A stretch of 64,000 nucleotides of DNA, from the NCBI GenBank assembly GCA_963676565.1, contig OY781089.1, forward strand, positions 64,001 to 128,000, in the 5' to 3' direction. Positions 9,940-20,886 of the stretch are shown one piece after another. The first letter of the stretch is position 1; each line of letters opens with the position of its first letter. A program made the position numbers and the translations under genes. The notes under the pieces were generated by a model. It was not told the DNA's origin. It ran no database searches and saw nothing but the letters and a program-made list of their open reading frames with translations. The stretch is from Halarcobacter sp. GTDB lineage: Bacteria > Campylobacterota > Campylobacteria > Campylobacterales > Arcobacteraceae.

Positions 9940-11286
9940 CTACTCGTTCATTGAGGCAAAGAACTCTTCATTGTTTTTAGTCTTTTGCATTTTTGAATAT
10001 AAGAATTTAAGTGCTTCAACTTCATCCATTTGTGAAATAGCATTTCTTAAAATCCATGTTTTTTGTAAAATATCTGGAGAAAGTAATAACTCTTCTTTTC
10101 TAGTACCTGATTTGATAATATCTAATGCAGGGTAAACTCTTCTATTAGCTGCGTTTCTACTTAATACAACTTCAGAGTTACCAGTACCTTTAAACTCTTC
10201 AAAAATAACTTCATCCATTTTTGAACCAGTTTCAATAAGTGCAGTTGAGATAATAGTTAAAGAACCACCCTCTTCAATATTTCTAGCGGCACCAAAAAAT
10301 CTTTTTGGTTTATGTAATGCATTTGCATCAACCCCACCCGAAAGAACTTTACCAGAACTTGGAGTTACAGTATTATAAGCTCTTGCTAATCTTGTAATTG
10401 AATCTAGTAATATAACCACATCTTTTTTCATCTCAACAAGTCTTTTTGCTTTTTCAATAACAATCTCGGCAACTCTCACATGGTTGTGAGCAGGAAGGTC
10501 AAAAGTAGAAGAGTAAACTTCACCTTTTACACTTCTTTGCATGTCAGTTACCTCTTCAGGTCTTTCATCAATTAATAAAACCATTAGATGTGTATCAGGA
10601 TGATTTCTACTTATACCGTGAGCTAAGTCTTTTAAAAGTTCTGTTTTACCAGTTTTAGGAGGTGCAACAATAAGTCCCCTTTGACCTTTACCCATAGGTG
10701 CAAAAAGATCAAGCATTCTTCCTGTCATTCTATTTTGATCATACTCAAATGTAAATCTTTCAGTAGAATATAATGGTGTTAAGTTATCAAATAGTGGTCT
10801 ATTTTTTGATTCATTTATAGGTAAGTAATTAATTGCTTCAATTTTTAATAATGCATTGTACTTTTCACTATCTTTATTTGGAGGTCTAACTTGTCCTGTT
10901 ACAATATCTCCTGTTCTTAATGCAAACTTTCTAATTTGTGTTGCAGAAACATAAGAATCATTTGAAGTATCTGAGAAGTTTCCATCAATTGCTCTTAAGA
11001 AACCAAATCCACCCTCTTTAATTTCTAAAATTCCAGTAAATAAAATAAATCCACCAGCATCTATTTGATGTTGTAGAATGCTAAACATTAAATCTTGTCT
11101 TTTTAATTCTTGTGGGTTTTCTACATCTAGTTCTTTTGCGATTTTAAGAAGATCATTTAAAGGTAATTCTCTTAGTTGTTCAATTTTGTAACCTTCAACA
11201 GGAACATGAGTTCTTGCTTTTCTAGAGTTCCCGTTTGAGTGCGAGCCTCTTGCTTTAGTTTTAGTTTGAGTTTTTGACTCTTCCAT
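9940..11286 (-). CDS. rho: Transcription termination factor Rho
   Basis: [42 protein letters not shown]. Confidence 0.98.
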   Translation of the reverse strand: MEESKTQTKTKARGSHSNGNSRKARTHVPVEGYKIEQLRELPLNDLLKIAKELDVENPQELKRQDLMFSILQHQIDAGGFILFTGILEIKEGGFGFLRAIDGNFSDTSNDSYVSATQIRKFALRTGDIVTGQVRPPNKDSEKYNALLKIEAINYLPINESKNRPLFDNLTPLYSTERFTFEYDQNRMTGRMLDLFAPMGKGQRGLIVAPPKTGKTELLKDLAHGISRNHPDTHLMVLLIDERPEEVTDMQRSVKGEVYSSTFDLPAHNHVRVAEIVIEKAKRLVEMKKDVVILLDSITRLARAYNTVTPSSGKVLSGGVDANALHKPKRFFGAARNIEEGGSLTIISTALIETGSKMDEVIFEEFKGTGNSEVVLSRNAANRRVYPALDIIKSGTRKEELLLSPDILQKTWILRNAISQMDEVEALKFLYSKMQKTKNNEEFFASMNE

Positions 11287-11416
11287 GAGTTTATTTTGCC
11301 TTTTTTTGATTTACATATTAAGTTATGTGTTTTGTAGTTATATCTAGTATATTTCTTTAAGTCTTGTAATTTTAGTGTTTATTTAGAAAAAAGTCAATTA
11401 ATTAACTTGTGTTGAG

Positions 11417-11445
11417 AAAAAAAGCGCCATAAAAGCGCTTTTTTT
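11417..11445 (-). terminator. Intrinsic terminator of ahpC copy 1
   Basis: A7-GCGC-loop-GCGC-T7. Confidence 0.7.
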
Positions 11446-11457
11446 AAGGAAAAGATA

Positions 11458-12054
11458 TTATAAGTTACCTTCGTTTTTACCTAAGTACTCAGCTACACCT
11501 TCAGTAGATGGTTTCATACCTTCGTCACCTTTATTCCACCCAGCAGGACAAACTTCACCATGCTCATTAGTAAAAATCATTGTATCTACCATTCTAATCA
11601 TTTCATCAATGTTTCTACCTAATGGTAAGTCGTTAATTACAGCGTGTCTTACAGTACCATCTTTGTCAATTAAGAATGAACCTCTTAATGCAACAGAATC
11701 ACCAAATAGTACATCATAATCTCTTGAAATTTGTTTTGAAAGGTCAGCAACTAGAGGGAATTTAACTCTACCAATACCACCATTTTCAACTGGAGTTTCT
11801 CTCCATGCAAAGTGAGAGAATTGTGAATCTACAGAACAACCAATAACTTGGATTCCTCTTGAAGTAAACTCTTCAATTCTTTTTGAGAATGCAATAATTT
11901 CTGATGGACAAACGAAAGTAAAGTCTAGTGGATAGAAAAATAATACCGCACCTTTTTCACCAATATTGTCATATAAATTAAAATCTTCAACGATTTGACC
12001 ATCAGCAAGTACAGCTGTTGCTGTAAAATCTGGAGCTTTTTTTGTAACTAACAT
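11458..12054 (-). CDS. ahpC: 2-Cys peroxiredoxin AhpC, copy 1
   Basis: DFTFVCPSE, GEVCPAGW; divergent from a ferredoxin as in Campylobacter. Confidence 0.95.
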   Translation of the reverse strand: MLVTKKAPDFTATAVLADGQIVEDFNLYDNIGEKGAVLFFYPLDFTFVCPSEIIAFSKRIEEFTSRGIQVIGCSVDSQFSHFAWRETPVENGGIGRVKFPLVADLSKQISRDYDVLFGDSVALRGSFLIDKDGTVRHAVINDLPLGRNIDEMIRMVDTMIFTNEHGEVCPAGWNKGDEGMKPSTEGVAEYLGKNEGNL

Positions 12055-12233
12055 GTAATTTCCTTTATTATAAATTGTTTTGTGAGTGAAAGTATAGTAT
12101 AATTTTTTTAAATAACATTATGTATAAAATATAAATTTATAAATTTAAGATAGGTTTTATTTTTGGAAAATTTTTATCCCTTAATAGAATATAGTTCAAA
12201 ATTTTTCTTGATAACTGTAATTACTTTCATTAT

Positions 12234-12285
12234 CTAGAATTACCTAATTCTAGGGAATTATAAACCAAACTTATAACTATTCTCA
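12234..12285. promoter_or_regulatory. Palindrome and Fur/PerR-like box in the ahpC-fdxA intergenic region
   Basis: CTAGAATTA-CC-TAATTCTAG (12234-12253); TTATAAC-T-ATTCTCA (12271-12285) resembles a 7-1-7 Fur-family box. Confidence 0.4.
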
Positions 12286-12344
12286 TTTAAAGTTAAATTT
12301 ATTTTTTGTGTGATAAAGTTGAATAAATTTTTCAAGGAGTTATA

Positions 12345-12614
12345 ATGGCAGTAAAAATTACTGATATTTGTATTAACTGTGATGCTTGTTTAGATGAGTG
12401 TCCAACAGAATCAATTGTTGATAACGATGAGAATCCTACAGGTGAAGATATTTATTATGTAAACCCAGAAACTTGTACAGAGTGTATCGGTGATCATGAC
12501 GAGCCAGCATGTGCAGAAGCATGTCCTACTGAAGGATGCATTGTTTGGGATGCTAGAGAAGGTGATAATATAAGAGAAGGAATGACTGCTGGTGAGCCAG
12601 TTGTAGAAGACTAA
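12345..12614 (+). CDS. fdxA: 2[4Fe-4S] ferredoxin
   Basis: CINCDACLDECP and CTECIG...CAEACP. Confidence 0.9.
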   Translation: MAVKITDICINCDACLDECPTESIVDNDENPTGEDIYYVNPETCTECIGDHDEPACAEACPTEGCIVWDAREGDNIREGMTAGEPVVED

Positions 12615-12642
12615 TCTTAATATCATTTTAATTAATTTTAAT

Positions 12643-12679
12643 AAAAAGGTAAGTAATTTTTCAAATTGCTTGCCTTTTT
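12643..12679 (+). terminator. Intrinsic terminator after fdxA
   Basis: AAAAAGGTAAGTAATT...AATTGCTTGCCTTTTT followed by T-tract. Confidence 0.65.
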
Positions 12680-12733
12680 TTATTTTTTTAGGTATAATCC
12701 GCGGCTTAAAAAATAAAAGAGGAATGAATACCT

Positions 12734-13147
12734 ATGGAACAAACACTTTCAATCATTAAACCTGATGCAGTGGCAAAGAACGTTGTTGGTAAAATCTTAG
12801 ATAGATTTGAATCTGCTGGATTAAGAATTGCAGCTACAAAAAAAGTTCAATTAAGTAAAGCTGATGCGGAAGCATTTTATGCAGTACATGCAGAAAGACC
12901 TTTTTTTGGTGAATTAGTAGACTTCATGATTTCTGGACCAGTTGTAGTTTCAGTACTTGAAGGTGAAAATGCAATGACTAAAAACAGAGAACTAATGGGT
13001 GCAACTAATCCAAAAGAAGCAGCAGCTGGTACAATTAGAGCAGATTTCGCTGATTCTATTGATGCTAATGCAGTACATGGTTCTGATTCATTAGAAAACG
13101 CAGCAATTGAAATTAAATTTTTCTTCTCAGATAGAGAGATTTGCTAG
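12734..13147 (+). CDS. ndk: Nucleoside diphosphate kinase
   Basis: [22 protein letters not shown]. Confidence 0.97.
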   Translation: MEQTLSIIKPDAVAKNVVGKILDRFESAGLRIAATKKVQLSKADAEAFYAVHAERPFFGELVDFMISGPVVVSVLEGENAMTKNRELMGATNPKEAAAGTIRADFADSIDANAVHGSDSLENAAIEIKFFFSDREIC

Positions 13148-13156
13148 TATTTTCAT

Positions 13157-13540
13157 ATGAAAATAGAATTTAGAAAGGTACCTTTTACTCCAAAAGAGTT
13201 TGAAACTGAACTTAATTCAGTTAAAATTGAAGGTACTTTTTGTAAAATATCGCCATCTTTAGTCAAAATTGACAGTAAACTTACAGGGAACACCACTGTA
13301 AATTGCATTAGATGCGGTGAAGAAGATACTATTACATTAAATGAAAATTTAAATTTTTTACTTAGTGATGGTATCTATAAGTCTGATTCACATAATGATG
13401 AAGACTTAGATATAATAGAAATAGATGGTAATATTATTGATTTTAATGAAATTATTGAAAGCGAAGTATCATCTATATACACAGATTATCATATTTGTTC
13501 AAATTGTACAGATAGTGATTTAATCGAAAAAGAATATTAA
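13157..13540 (+). CDS. YceD/DUF177-family protein
   Basis: CIRC and CSNC; position directly before rpmF. Confidence 0.75.
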   Translation: MKIEFRKVPFTPKEFETELNSVKIEGTFCKISPSLVKIDSKLTGNTTVNCIRCGEEDTITLNENLNFLLSDGIYKSDSHNDEDLDIIEIDGNIIDFNEIIESEVSSIYTDYHICSNCTDSDLIEKEY

Positions 13541-13553
13541 ATAAGGAGAAAAC

Positions 13554-13706
13554 ATGGCAGTACCTAAGAGAAGAGTATCACATACTAGAGCAGCTAAAAG
13601 AAGAACTCACTATAAAATTACTTTAAAAAGACCAGTAAAAGATAGTGATGGAACTTGGAAAATGCCTCACATGGTTAACCCAAATACTGGTGAATATAAA
13701 GCATAA
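13554..13706 (+). CDS. rpmF: 50S ribosomal protein L32 (50 aa, cysteine-free; not in ORF track)
   Basis: [19 protein letters not shown]...; AAGGAG RBS; stop overlaps plsX ATG. Confidence 0.96.
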   Translation: MAVPKRRVSHTRAAKRRTHYKITLKRPVKDSDGTWKMPHMVNPNTGEYKA

Positions 13707-14704
13707 TGCTAAGAATAGCAATTGATGCGATGGGTGGGGATTTCGGTCCTCAACCTATTATGGAGGGTCTTATTTCAGCTCTTCGGCACAATACTGCATT
13801 TACTGCAATAGCAGTAGGTGATGAAAATGAAATTAAACCTCTAATCCCAGCATACTTAATTGATAGAATCGAAATACTACATACAACTGATGTAATTAGT
13901 ATGACTGATTCAGCTACTGAAGCACTTAAAAGAAAAGAATCTACTATATATAAAGCAATAGACTTAGTAAAAGAAGGAAAAGCAGATGCTGTTGTTTCTG
14001 CAGGACACTCTGGAGCTTCTATGTCTTTAGCGACACTAAGAATTGGTAGAATCAAAGGTGTAAGTAGACCAGCAATTGCAACATTGATGCCAACAAGTGA
14101 AAATCAAAATACTTTGGTTTTAGATGTTGGAGCAAATGTTGATTGTGATGCTAAAAATTTATTTGAATTTGCAATTATGGGACAAGTTTATGCACAAGAT
14201 GTATTACAACTTGATGAACCTTTAGTTGGATTATTAAGTAATGGTGAAGAGGAAAGTAAAGGTAATGAAATTACAAAAGAAGCATTTGCAATGCTTTCAA
14301 AAATTCCTAATTTTGCGGGGAATGTTGAAGGAAGTGATGTATTTAAGGGTACAGTAGATGTTGTTGTTTGTGATGGATTTATTGGTAATATTTTACTAAA
14401 AACTGCAGAAGGTGTTGCAGATACAATTGGTAAAATTATAAAAAAAGATTTAAAAAGATCTCTTATCTCTATTGCAGGTGCAGTGTTGATGAGAAAAGTA
14501 TTCAAAAATCTAAAAGTAAGAGTTGATTACGCAGAATATGGTGGAGCTCCACTATTAGGAGTTAAAGCACCAGTAATTATTGCCCATGGTAAATCAAATA
14601 ATAAAGCAATTCAAAATGCAATTTATCAAGCAATTAATGCTGCTAGCTCAAACTTAGACTCTGATATTGAAGAAAGATTAGAACTATACGCAATTGAAAA
14701 ATAG
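13706..14704 (+). CDS. plsX: Phosphate acyltransferase
   Basis: [29 protein letters not shown]. Confidence 0.96.
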   Translation: MLRIAIDAMGGDFGPQPIMEGLISALRHNTAFTAIAVGDENEIKPLIPAYLIDRIEILHTTDVISMTDSATEALKRKESTIYKAIDLVKEGKADAVVSAGHSGASMSLATLRIGRIKGVSRPAIATLMPTSENQNTLVLDVGANVDCDAKNLFEFAIMGQVYAQDVLQLDEPLVGLLSNGEEESKGNEITKEAFAMLSKIPNFAGNVEGSDVFKGTVDVVVCDGFIGNILLKTAEGVADTIGKIIKKDLKRSLISIAGAVLMRKVFKNLKVRVDYAEYGGAPLLGVKAPVIIAHGKSNNKAIQNAIYQAINAASSNLDSDIEERLELYAIEK

Positions 14705-14732
14705 CGTATTAGTTTTTTAAGGAAATTTTATA

Positions 14733-15731
14733 ATGGCATATGCAGCATTTAGATCAATAGGGGCTTATGTTCCTTCTAAAGTTATGACCAACGTTGACTT
14801 TGAGAAAATCATTGAAACTAGTGATGAATGGATTACAAAAAGAACTGGTATAAAAGAAAGAAGATATGCAGAAGAGAATGAAAACCCTTCTGATATGGGT
14901 GCAAAAGCAGCTACTCAAGCTATTGAGAGAGCTGGAATTGCTAAAGAAGATATTGATTTAGTAATCTGTGCTACAGTTACTCCTGATTATTTATGTATGC
15001 CTTCAACAGCATGCTTAATTGCTTCAAAAATAGGACTTCCTCCTACTCAAGCCTTTGATATAAGTGCGGCTTGTACAGGTTTTGTTTATGCAACTTCTAT
15101 TGCAAAAGCTTTTATTGAATCAGGAATGAAGAAAAATGTACTTATTGTAGGTGCTGAGAAATATACTTCTATTTTAGATTTTACAGACAGAACAACTTGT
15201 TTTATCTTTGGTGATGGAGCTGGTGCGGCAATTATATCTGCAACTGACGAAAAAGCCGAAGCAATCATTGATGTAAACTGTTCAAGTGATGGAAACTACG
15301 ATGATTTAATCAAAACTCCAGGTGGAGGAAGTAAGAATCCTTGTTCTCAAGAAGTAGTTGATTCGAAAATGGCTTGTATTCAAATGAAAGGGAATGAAAC
15401 TTTCAAACTAGCTGTTAAAACTTTAACATCTGATGTTGAAGATATGTTAAAAAAACACAATATTCAAAGTGAAGATATTAATCACTTTATTCCTCATCAA
15501 GCTAACTATAGAATTATTTCTGCAGTTGGAAAAGCATTAGGTTTTAATGAAGATCAAACTGTTATCACTGTACATAAATACGGTAATACATCAGCTGCAT
15601 CTATCCCTATGGCTATGAATTATGCTTATGAACAAGGTAAAATAAAAGCTGGAGATAAAATTTTATTTGATGCCTTTGGTGGTGGACTTACTTGGGGTTC
15701 TGCACTTTTCCCATTTTCTCCAAAAAAGTAA
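14733..15731 (+). CDS. fabH: Beta-ketoacyl-ACP synthase III
   Basis: AACTGF, PHQANYRI, GNTSAAS catalytic triad motifs. Confidence 0.97.
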   Translation: MAYAAFRSIGAYVPSKVMTNVDFEKIIETSDEWITKRTGIKERRYAEENENPSDMGAKAATQAIERAGIAKEDIDLVICATVTPDYLCMPSTACLIASKIGLPPTQAFDISAACTGFVYATSIAKAFIESGMKKNVLIVGAEKYTSILDFTDRTTCFIFGDGAGAAIISATDEKAEAIIDVNCSSDGNYDDLIKTPGGGSKNPCSQEVVDSKMACIQMKGNETFKLAVKTLTSDVEDMLKKHNIQSEDINHFIPHQANYRIISAVGKALGFNEDQTVITVHKYGNTSAASIPMAMNYAYEQGKIKAGDKILFDAFGGGLTWGSALFPFSPKK

Positions 15732-15761
15732 TTAGTTAAAGAGGTTTAAACCTCTTTGCAC

Positions 15762-16082
15762 CTATAAATACTGAACTAATCCCATATAAAATATCGTACC
15801 AAAAAATATAGAAATCAAATAGTTTTTAACACTTAAGTGTAAAACTAAAGTAAAAATTATTCCACTAATCTCTTTTAAACCATATGGATATAAAGCGAAA
15901 TCAACATCTTTTAAAGTATAAAAAATCAATATTGTCATAATAGTAGGTGGGAAAAAATTTTCAATAAAAACTAAAGGTTTTGGTAATTCATTTTTCCTAA
16001 AAAATAAAAAAGGGAAAACTCTAGTAAATAAATTAACTAAAGACATAACCAAAATAGCTAAAAATAACTCTAAATTACCCAT
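15762..16082 (-). CDS. azlD: AzlD-family branched-chain amino acid exporter subunit
   Basis: TRVFPFL motif; hydrophobic; coupled to azlC. Confidence 0.8.
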   Translation of the reverse strand: MGNLELFLAILVMSLVNLFTRVFPFLFFRKNELPKPLVFIENFFPPTIMTILIFYTLKDVDFALYPYGLKEISGIIFTLVLHLSVKNYLISIFFGTIFYMGLVQYL

Positions 16083-16764
16083 TATCTTCTAATTTCCTTC
16101 TAAAAGTAAATAATAAAACCAAGGACAAGAATATAGATACAATAAGCATCTTATCAGAAGGTATAGTAAGTAAAGCAATAATAGAGACAAAAGAACCTAT
16201 CAAAAAAGGAATTGGATTTTTTAAACTTTTATATTGTTCAACACATAAAACTACAAATAATGCAGTTAAAGAAAACTCTAATCCTGCTGTATTAAATTCT
16301 ATATTAGAGCCTACAATTGCTCCTAAAGTAGAACCTACAAACCAATAGCTTTGATTAAAGGCTGTAAGGAAAAAGTAATACCAATGTTTTTTTAAATTAT
16401 CATCATCTTTTAAAGTTGTAAGAAGTGCATAGGTTTCATCTGTAAGTCCAAAAATCAAATAGGGTTTTAATTTACCACTTTTTTTAAATCTTTTTAATAA
16501 AGATAATCCATAAAAAGATTGTCTTAAATTTACAAACCACGAAGCAATAGCTATATCAACTAAACCAGCTTTTACATTAAAAAAGTTTATGGCAACAAAC
16601 TGTAAAGCTCCAGCATAAATAAAAAGGCTCATAATTGGAGCTAAATACCAACTATAATTAAAGGAAACTAATAATAATCCAAAGGCAAAACCTAAAATCC
16701 CATACCCCATCATCACAGGAATAGAAACTTTAAAAGCAGCCTTAATCTCTCTTTCGTATCTCAT
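16075..16764 (-). CDS. azlC: AzlC-family branched-chain amino acid exporter
   Basis: YAGALQF, NLRQSFYG, LTDETYA. Confidence 0.88.
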   Translation of the reverse strand: MRYEREIKAAFKVSIPVMMGYGILGFAFGLLLVSFNYSWYLAPIMSLFIYAGALQFVAINFFNVKAGLVDIAIASWFVNLRQSFYGLSLLKRFKKSGKLKPYLIFGLTDETYALLTTLKDDDNLKKHWYYFFLTAFNQSYWFVGSTLGAIVGSNIEFNTAGLEFSLTALFVVLCVEQYKSLKNPIPFLIGSFVSIIALLTIPSDKMLIVSIFLSLVLLFTFRRKLEDNG

Positions 16765-16779
16765 TTAAATTAAAAACTT

Positions 16780-17217
16780 TTATTTCATTAATTTTTTATT
16801 GTTTGGATTGTTTTTAAATATATTATATGATTTCTCTTTTGTATCTTTATTAAATTTATCAACTGTTGCAACAGAGTTAACAAAAAGTATTGACTCCCCA
16901 ACAACTATTTGAAATACTGCATAATATGGTATTTTTACAGTTGAACCAAAATTTTCACTTCCAAAGCCTGCTTCAAAAGTTAAAAAAGTATTTTCTAAAT
17001 TAATTGTTGAATAAGTGTAATTAGATAGAACAAATAAAGAAAATTTTGATAGTTGCTGATATGTGTTACTTGGTAATTCTGGATTGAATTTTACGGCATC
17101 TAAGTTTGCTGTTATTGCAAATTCTTGATTTTGATTTAATAAAAATTGTATAGTCTCTTTAACTTGTGAACTTACTAAATCTTTATATTCACTGTTTTCA
17201 ATAATCTTATTTATCAT
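16780..17217 (-). CDS. Hypothetical protein
   Basis: Open frame with AGGA RBS before ATG 17217; no motif I can name. Confidence 0.6.
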   Translation of the reverse strand: MINKIIENSEYKDLVSSQVKETIQFLLNQNQEFAITANLDAVKFNPELPSNTYQQLSKFSLFVLSNYTYSTINLENTFLTFEAGFGSENFGSTVKIPYYAVFQIVVGESILFVNSVATVDKFNKDTKEKSYNIFKNNPNNKKLMK

Positions 17218-17257
17218 TTTTAATCCTAAGTTCATTTTCGCTTAGTTATTATAACGT

Positions 17258-17911
17258 ATGAAACAATTACTTTTACTTATTTTTCTATCATCAATATATT
17301 TACATTCAAAAAGTATTACTTTAAATGAAAATGATTTAAAAACAATTGACAACTCAAAAGATTCAAAAGCTATTAAAATAAGACTTGTAAAGTATGTAAA
17401 ACTAAAACAAAAGGTAAGGCCTTTTACAAATACTCTAAAAAAACTATCCCATATAAACTCATTTTATAATAAGATACTTCCTGTTAATGACTCAACAAAA
17501 TACAATGTTGATGATCACTGGGCAACACCAAAAGAGTTTTTAATACAAGGTCGTGGTGATTGTGAAGATTATGCAATTGCTAAATATTTCACTCTATTAG
17601 AAGTTGGTATTCCTAAAGAGAAACTATATTTTGCCATTGTAAAAGTCAAGGGTGAAACAAACTATCATATGGTTTTATTATATTTTGAAAACAAAAACTC
17701 TATGCCACTGGTTTTAGATAATCTAAGTTTTAAAGTTGTTCCTTTTGATATTAGAAAAAGACTTGAACCCAAGGTTATTTTTAATGAATTTGGAAGTTTT
17801 ACATTAAAAAATAAAAAGATATATAAAAAAGTAAGAATCAATTGGGGTAAAAATAAAGATGACAATAAATGGGAAAAACTATTAAATAGAGTTTATTCAA
17901 AAAATGAATAA
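17258..17911 (+). CDS. Periplasmic transglutaminase-like cysteine peptidase (LapG/BTLCP family)
   Basis: DHWATPKEF, GDCEDYAIAKY, HMVL, LDN. Confidence 0.85.
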   Translation: MKQLLLLIFLSSIYLHSKSITLNENDLKTIDNSKDSKAIKIRLVKYVKLKQKVRPFTNTLKKLSHINSFYNKILPVNDSTKYNVDDHWATPKEFLIQGRGDCEDYAIAKYFTLLEVGIPKEKLYFAIVKVKGETNYHMVLLYFENKNSMPLVLDNLSFKVVPFDIRKRLEPKVIFNEFGSFTLKNKKIYKKVRINWGKNKDDNKWEKLLNRVYSKNE

Positions 17912-18456
17912 TCCTCTAAAATATCAAAACCTATCATAGCATTCATCAAAGCTATTTTTTTTGCATTTTTTAACATATCAATATCAATATCAGTTTCAAT
18001 TATGTCTTTACTTTCAAGTAATCTATTCCTTGTCGTCCCTTCCAATAAAGGTTTTTTTGCAGTTAGCCAATTATCCCCATCAAATAAAGCAATATTTGCA
18101 ATAGAAGTATCAGTTAAAAGGTTGTTTTTAAAAATCATTATCTCATCTGCTAATTCTTTTTTTAAGAATAGTTCATCAATACAGCTTCTATCTAAAAACT
18201 TTTTTGAATATTCTATTTCATCATCAAATATAAGTTTAAAACTTTTAATTTCTCTTTTTTTATATTCAAAAAATTCTACATTGATAACTTCGTTTTCATC
18301 ATAAATAAGTTTACATCTTAAAAGTTTATTTGATAATGGATAGATATAATCTTGTAGATTTAAATTTAGTCCAACAGTTTTAGCAACACGATTTTCATGG
18401 AAAGGAAGATTAAAAATCTCATAATCTTCACATTTAATAGTTTCAAAATATTTCAT
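17893..18456 (-). CDS. pabC: Class IV aminotransferase-like, probable 4-amino-4-deoxychorismate lyase
   Basis: FETIK, TDTSIAN, LLEGTTR, NAMI motifs. Confidence 0.75.
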   Translation of the reverse strand: MKYFETIKCEDYEIFNLPFHENRVAKTVGLNLNLQDYIYPLSNKLLRCKLIYDENEVINVEFFEYKKREIKSFKLIFDDEIEYSKKFLDRSCIDELFLKKELADEIMIFKNNLLTDTSIANIALFDGDNWLTAKKPLLEGTTRNRLLESKDIIETDIDIDMLKNAKKIALMNAMIGFDILEDYSFFE

Positions 18457-18487
18457 AAAAGTATGATATCAAATTTTTTATTTTAAA

Positions 18488-18520
18488 AATACCTTGTGAG
18501 GAGATTCCTCACAAGGTATT
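18488..18520 (-). terminator. Intrinsic terminator of the fructose PTS operon
   Basis: Perfect 15-bp stem AATACCTTGTGAGGA-GAT-TCCTCACAAGGTATT at the fruA stop, T-tract on minus strand. Confidence 0.8.
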
Positions 18521-19913
18521 AATTAGCAGTGATTGGTTTTTTAAGAATCATTAACATAATAGCAGTAACTACTGCACCTGCTGCAATTGATAATCCATAC
18601 ATTGCTAAATTTGTAACTGCATTTGGGATTGCAAGTACAAAAATACCCCCATGTGGAGCTGCTAATTTACATCCAAATGCCATACTCATAGCACCAGCAA
18701 CTGCAGAACCAGCCATAAGTGATGGAATAACTCTTAATGGATCTTTTACTGCAAAAGGAATAGCACCTTCTGTAATAAAGCAAATACCTAAAACACCTGC
18801 TGCTTTTCCAGCTTGTAATTCTGATTTTTCAAATCTATTTTTTGCAATCATAGTTGCAATAAAAATACCAAGTGGAGGAGTCATACCAGCTGCCATAGCA
18901 GCAGCAATTGGTCCTGTAACACCACTGGCAAGTAATCCAACTGAAACGGTATAGGCAGCTTTATTAACTGGTCCACCCATATCAAAGGCCATCATAAGAC
19001 CAATTATAAGCCCAACTAATACAGCATTTGAACCACTCATACTTTCTAGGAAATGTTTTAATGAATCATTGATATATCCAACTGGCCCACCAACAATATA
19101 AATCATAACTAAACCAACAACTAAAGTTGCAAGTAATGGCACTACTAATACAGGCATTAGTCCTTCAAAATTTTCAGGTAATTTAATATTTTCAACAATC
19201 CATTTTGACACATACCCTGCTAAAAAACCTGCAACAATACCACCTAAGAAACCAGCAGCTATATTAGAAGCTAACATACCACCAATAAGTCCAGGGGCAA
19301 GTCCAGGTCTATCTGCAATAGAAAAGGCAATATATCCAGAAAGAACTGCAACCATAATATGGAATGCTGCACCACCACCAATATCCATTAAGGCTGCTGC
19401 TAAAGTTCCTTTTTCTTTAAAAGCTTCAATACCAAAAACAAATGATAATGCAATTAAAAGTCCTCCTGCAACAACCACTGGAAGCATATATGATACACCA
19501 GTTAAAAGGTGCTTATATGCACCTGTTGTTTGAGATTTTCTTTCACTTTTAATCTCTTTTACTTGCTCTTTTAATGCCGATGAATCTACGCCACTATTTG
19601 AGTGAACTAATGTTGAAGCCAATGCACTACTAATTACTTCATTAGTATTTTTTATTGCTTCACCTGTTGAAGTCTCAAAATATTTTTTACCTTCAAATCT
19701 TGTCATTTCAACATGAGTATCTGCTGCAATTAATACAACATCTGCATTTGAAATTTCCTCTTCTGTTAGTGCATTTTTTGCCCCAACTGAACCTTGAGTT
19801 TCTACTTTTATTTCATGTCCATTGTCAGCTGCAATCTTCTCTAATGCGGAAGCCGCCATAAATGTGTGTGCTATACCTGTAGGACAAGCTGTAATTGCTA
19901 CAATCTTTGCCAT
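18519..19913 (-). CDS. fruA: PTS fructose-family EIIBC
   Basis: EIIB ACPTGIAHT and VETQGS; EIIC HLLTGVSYMLP, FDMGGPVNKAA, ITEGAIPF, APHGG. Confidence 0.93.
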   Translation of the reverse strand: MAKIVAITACPTGIAHTFMAASALEKIAADNGHEIKVETQGSVGAKNALTEEEISNADVVLIAADTHVEMTRFEGKKYFETSTGEAIKNTNEVISSALASTLVHSNSGVDSSALKEQVKEIKSERKSQTTGAYKHLLTGVSYMLPVVVAGGLLIALSFVFGIEAFKEKGTLAAALMDIGGGAAFHIMVAVLSGYIAFSIADRPGLAPGLIGGMLASNIAAGFLGGIVAGFLAGYVSKWIVENIKLPENFEGLMPVLVVPLLATLVVGLVMIYIVGGPVGYINDSLKHFLESMSGSNAVLVGLIIGLMMAFDMGGPVNKAAYTVSVGLLASGVTGPIAAAMAAGMTPPLGIFIATMIAKNRFEKSELQAGKAAGVLGICFITEGAIPFAVKDPLRVIPSLMAGSAVAGAMSMAFGCKLAAPHGGIFVLAIPNAVTNLAMYGLSIAAGAVVTAIMLMILKKPITAN

Positions 19914-19936
19914 AATTTTCCCTTTATGTAAATTTT

Positions 19937-20881
19937 TTAGTCCAAACTAATTGGAACAACGTCTAGATCATTACTTAGTTTTTTCAACTCCTCCTTGGAT
20001 GATAGGTAGGCACCTATAGTTTTTAATGCATTTAATGAATAAGTTGATGCTAACTTAATACTCTCTTCTAAAGATAATTCATTTATTTTTGAATATACAA
20101 GTCCAGAAAGTAATGCATCCCCCGCTCCAACAGTTGTATTAACTTCAGCTTTTAATGTAACTGCATGAAAAGCCTCTTTTTCATTTACAATTAAAGAACC
20201 CTTTTCACCCATAGAAACACATACAGTTTCAATACCATCATTTATTAAATCTTTTGCTATAGGTAAAATCTCTTTTATCTCACATGAAATATTTTTTGAT
20301 AAAAGTTGTGAAAGTTCATGGTTATTTGGTTTTATTAAATTTGGTTTTGCTTTTATACCATTTATCAAAGCATCACCACTTGCGTCAAAGGCAACCTTTA
20401 TCCCTAATTCATGAGCTTTATTTATCCATTTTTCATAAATATTACTTTCAATTCCCTTTGGTAAACTTCCTGAAAAAACATACCAAGAAGCTTCTTTTTT
20501 TGAAAAAAGTATTTTCTCTAATTTATCTAAATTCTCATCATTTATTTCAAATCCAGCTTGGTTTACATCTGTAACTGTTTTATTTTTAGGGTCAACAATT
20601 TTTACATTTACTCTAGTTTGTGTATCTAAATATATAAATCTATTTTCTATATTTTGTTTTTTAAAAAACTCTTCAAAAATCTCACAGTTTTTTGAACCTA
20701 AAAAACCTGTTGCACCAACTTTTAAATTTGAACTTGCTAAATATGAAGCTACATTTACACCTTTTCCAGCAGCACTATTTTGAAGCTTTTCAACTCTATT
20801 TACACTATCTATTTTAAAATTGTTGATATTTACCGTTTGATCAATTGCAGGGTTTAAGGTAACTGTTAATACATCTAACAT
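19937..20881 (-). CDS. fruK: 1-phosphofructokinase (PfkB family)
   Basis: TVTLNPAID, GKGVNVA, SGSLP, IKPN, VGAGDA; lies between PTS genes. Confidence 0.92.
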   Translation of the reverse strand: MLDVLTVTLNPAIDQTVNINNFKIDSVNRVEKLQNSAAGKGVNVASYLASSNLKVGATGFLGSKNCEIFEEFFKKQNIENRFIYLDTQTRVNVKIVDPKNKTVTDVNQAGFEINDENLDKLEKILFSKKEASWYVFSGSLPKGIESNIYEKWINKAHELGIKVAFDASGDALINGIKAKPNLIKPNNHELSQLLSKNISCEIKEILPIAKDLINDGIETVCVSMGEKGSLIVNEKEAFHAVTLKAEVNTTVGAGDALLSGLVYSKINELSLEESIKLASTYSLNALKTIGAYLSSKEELKKLSNDLDVVPISLD

Positions 20882-20886
20882 AACAG

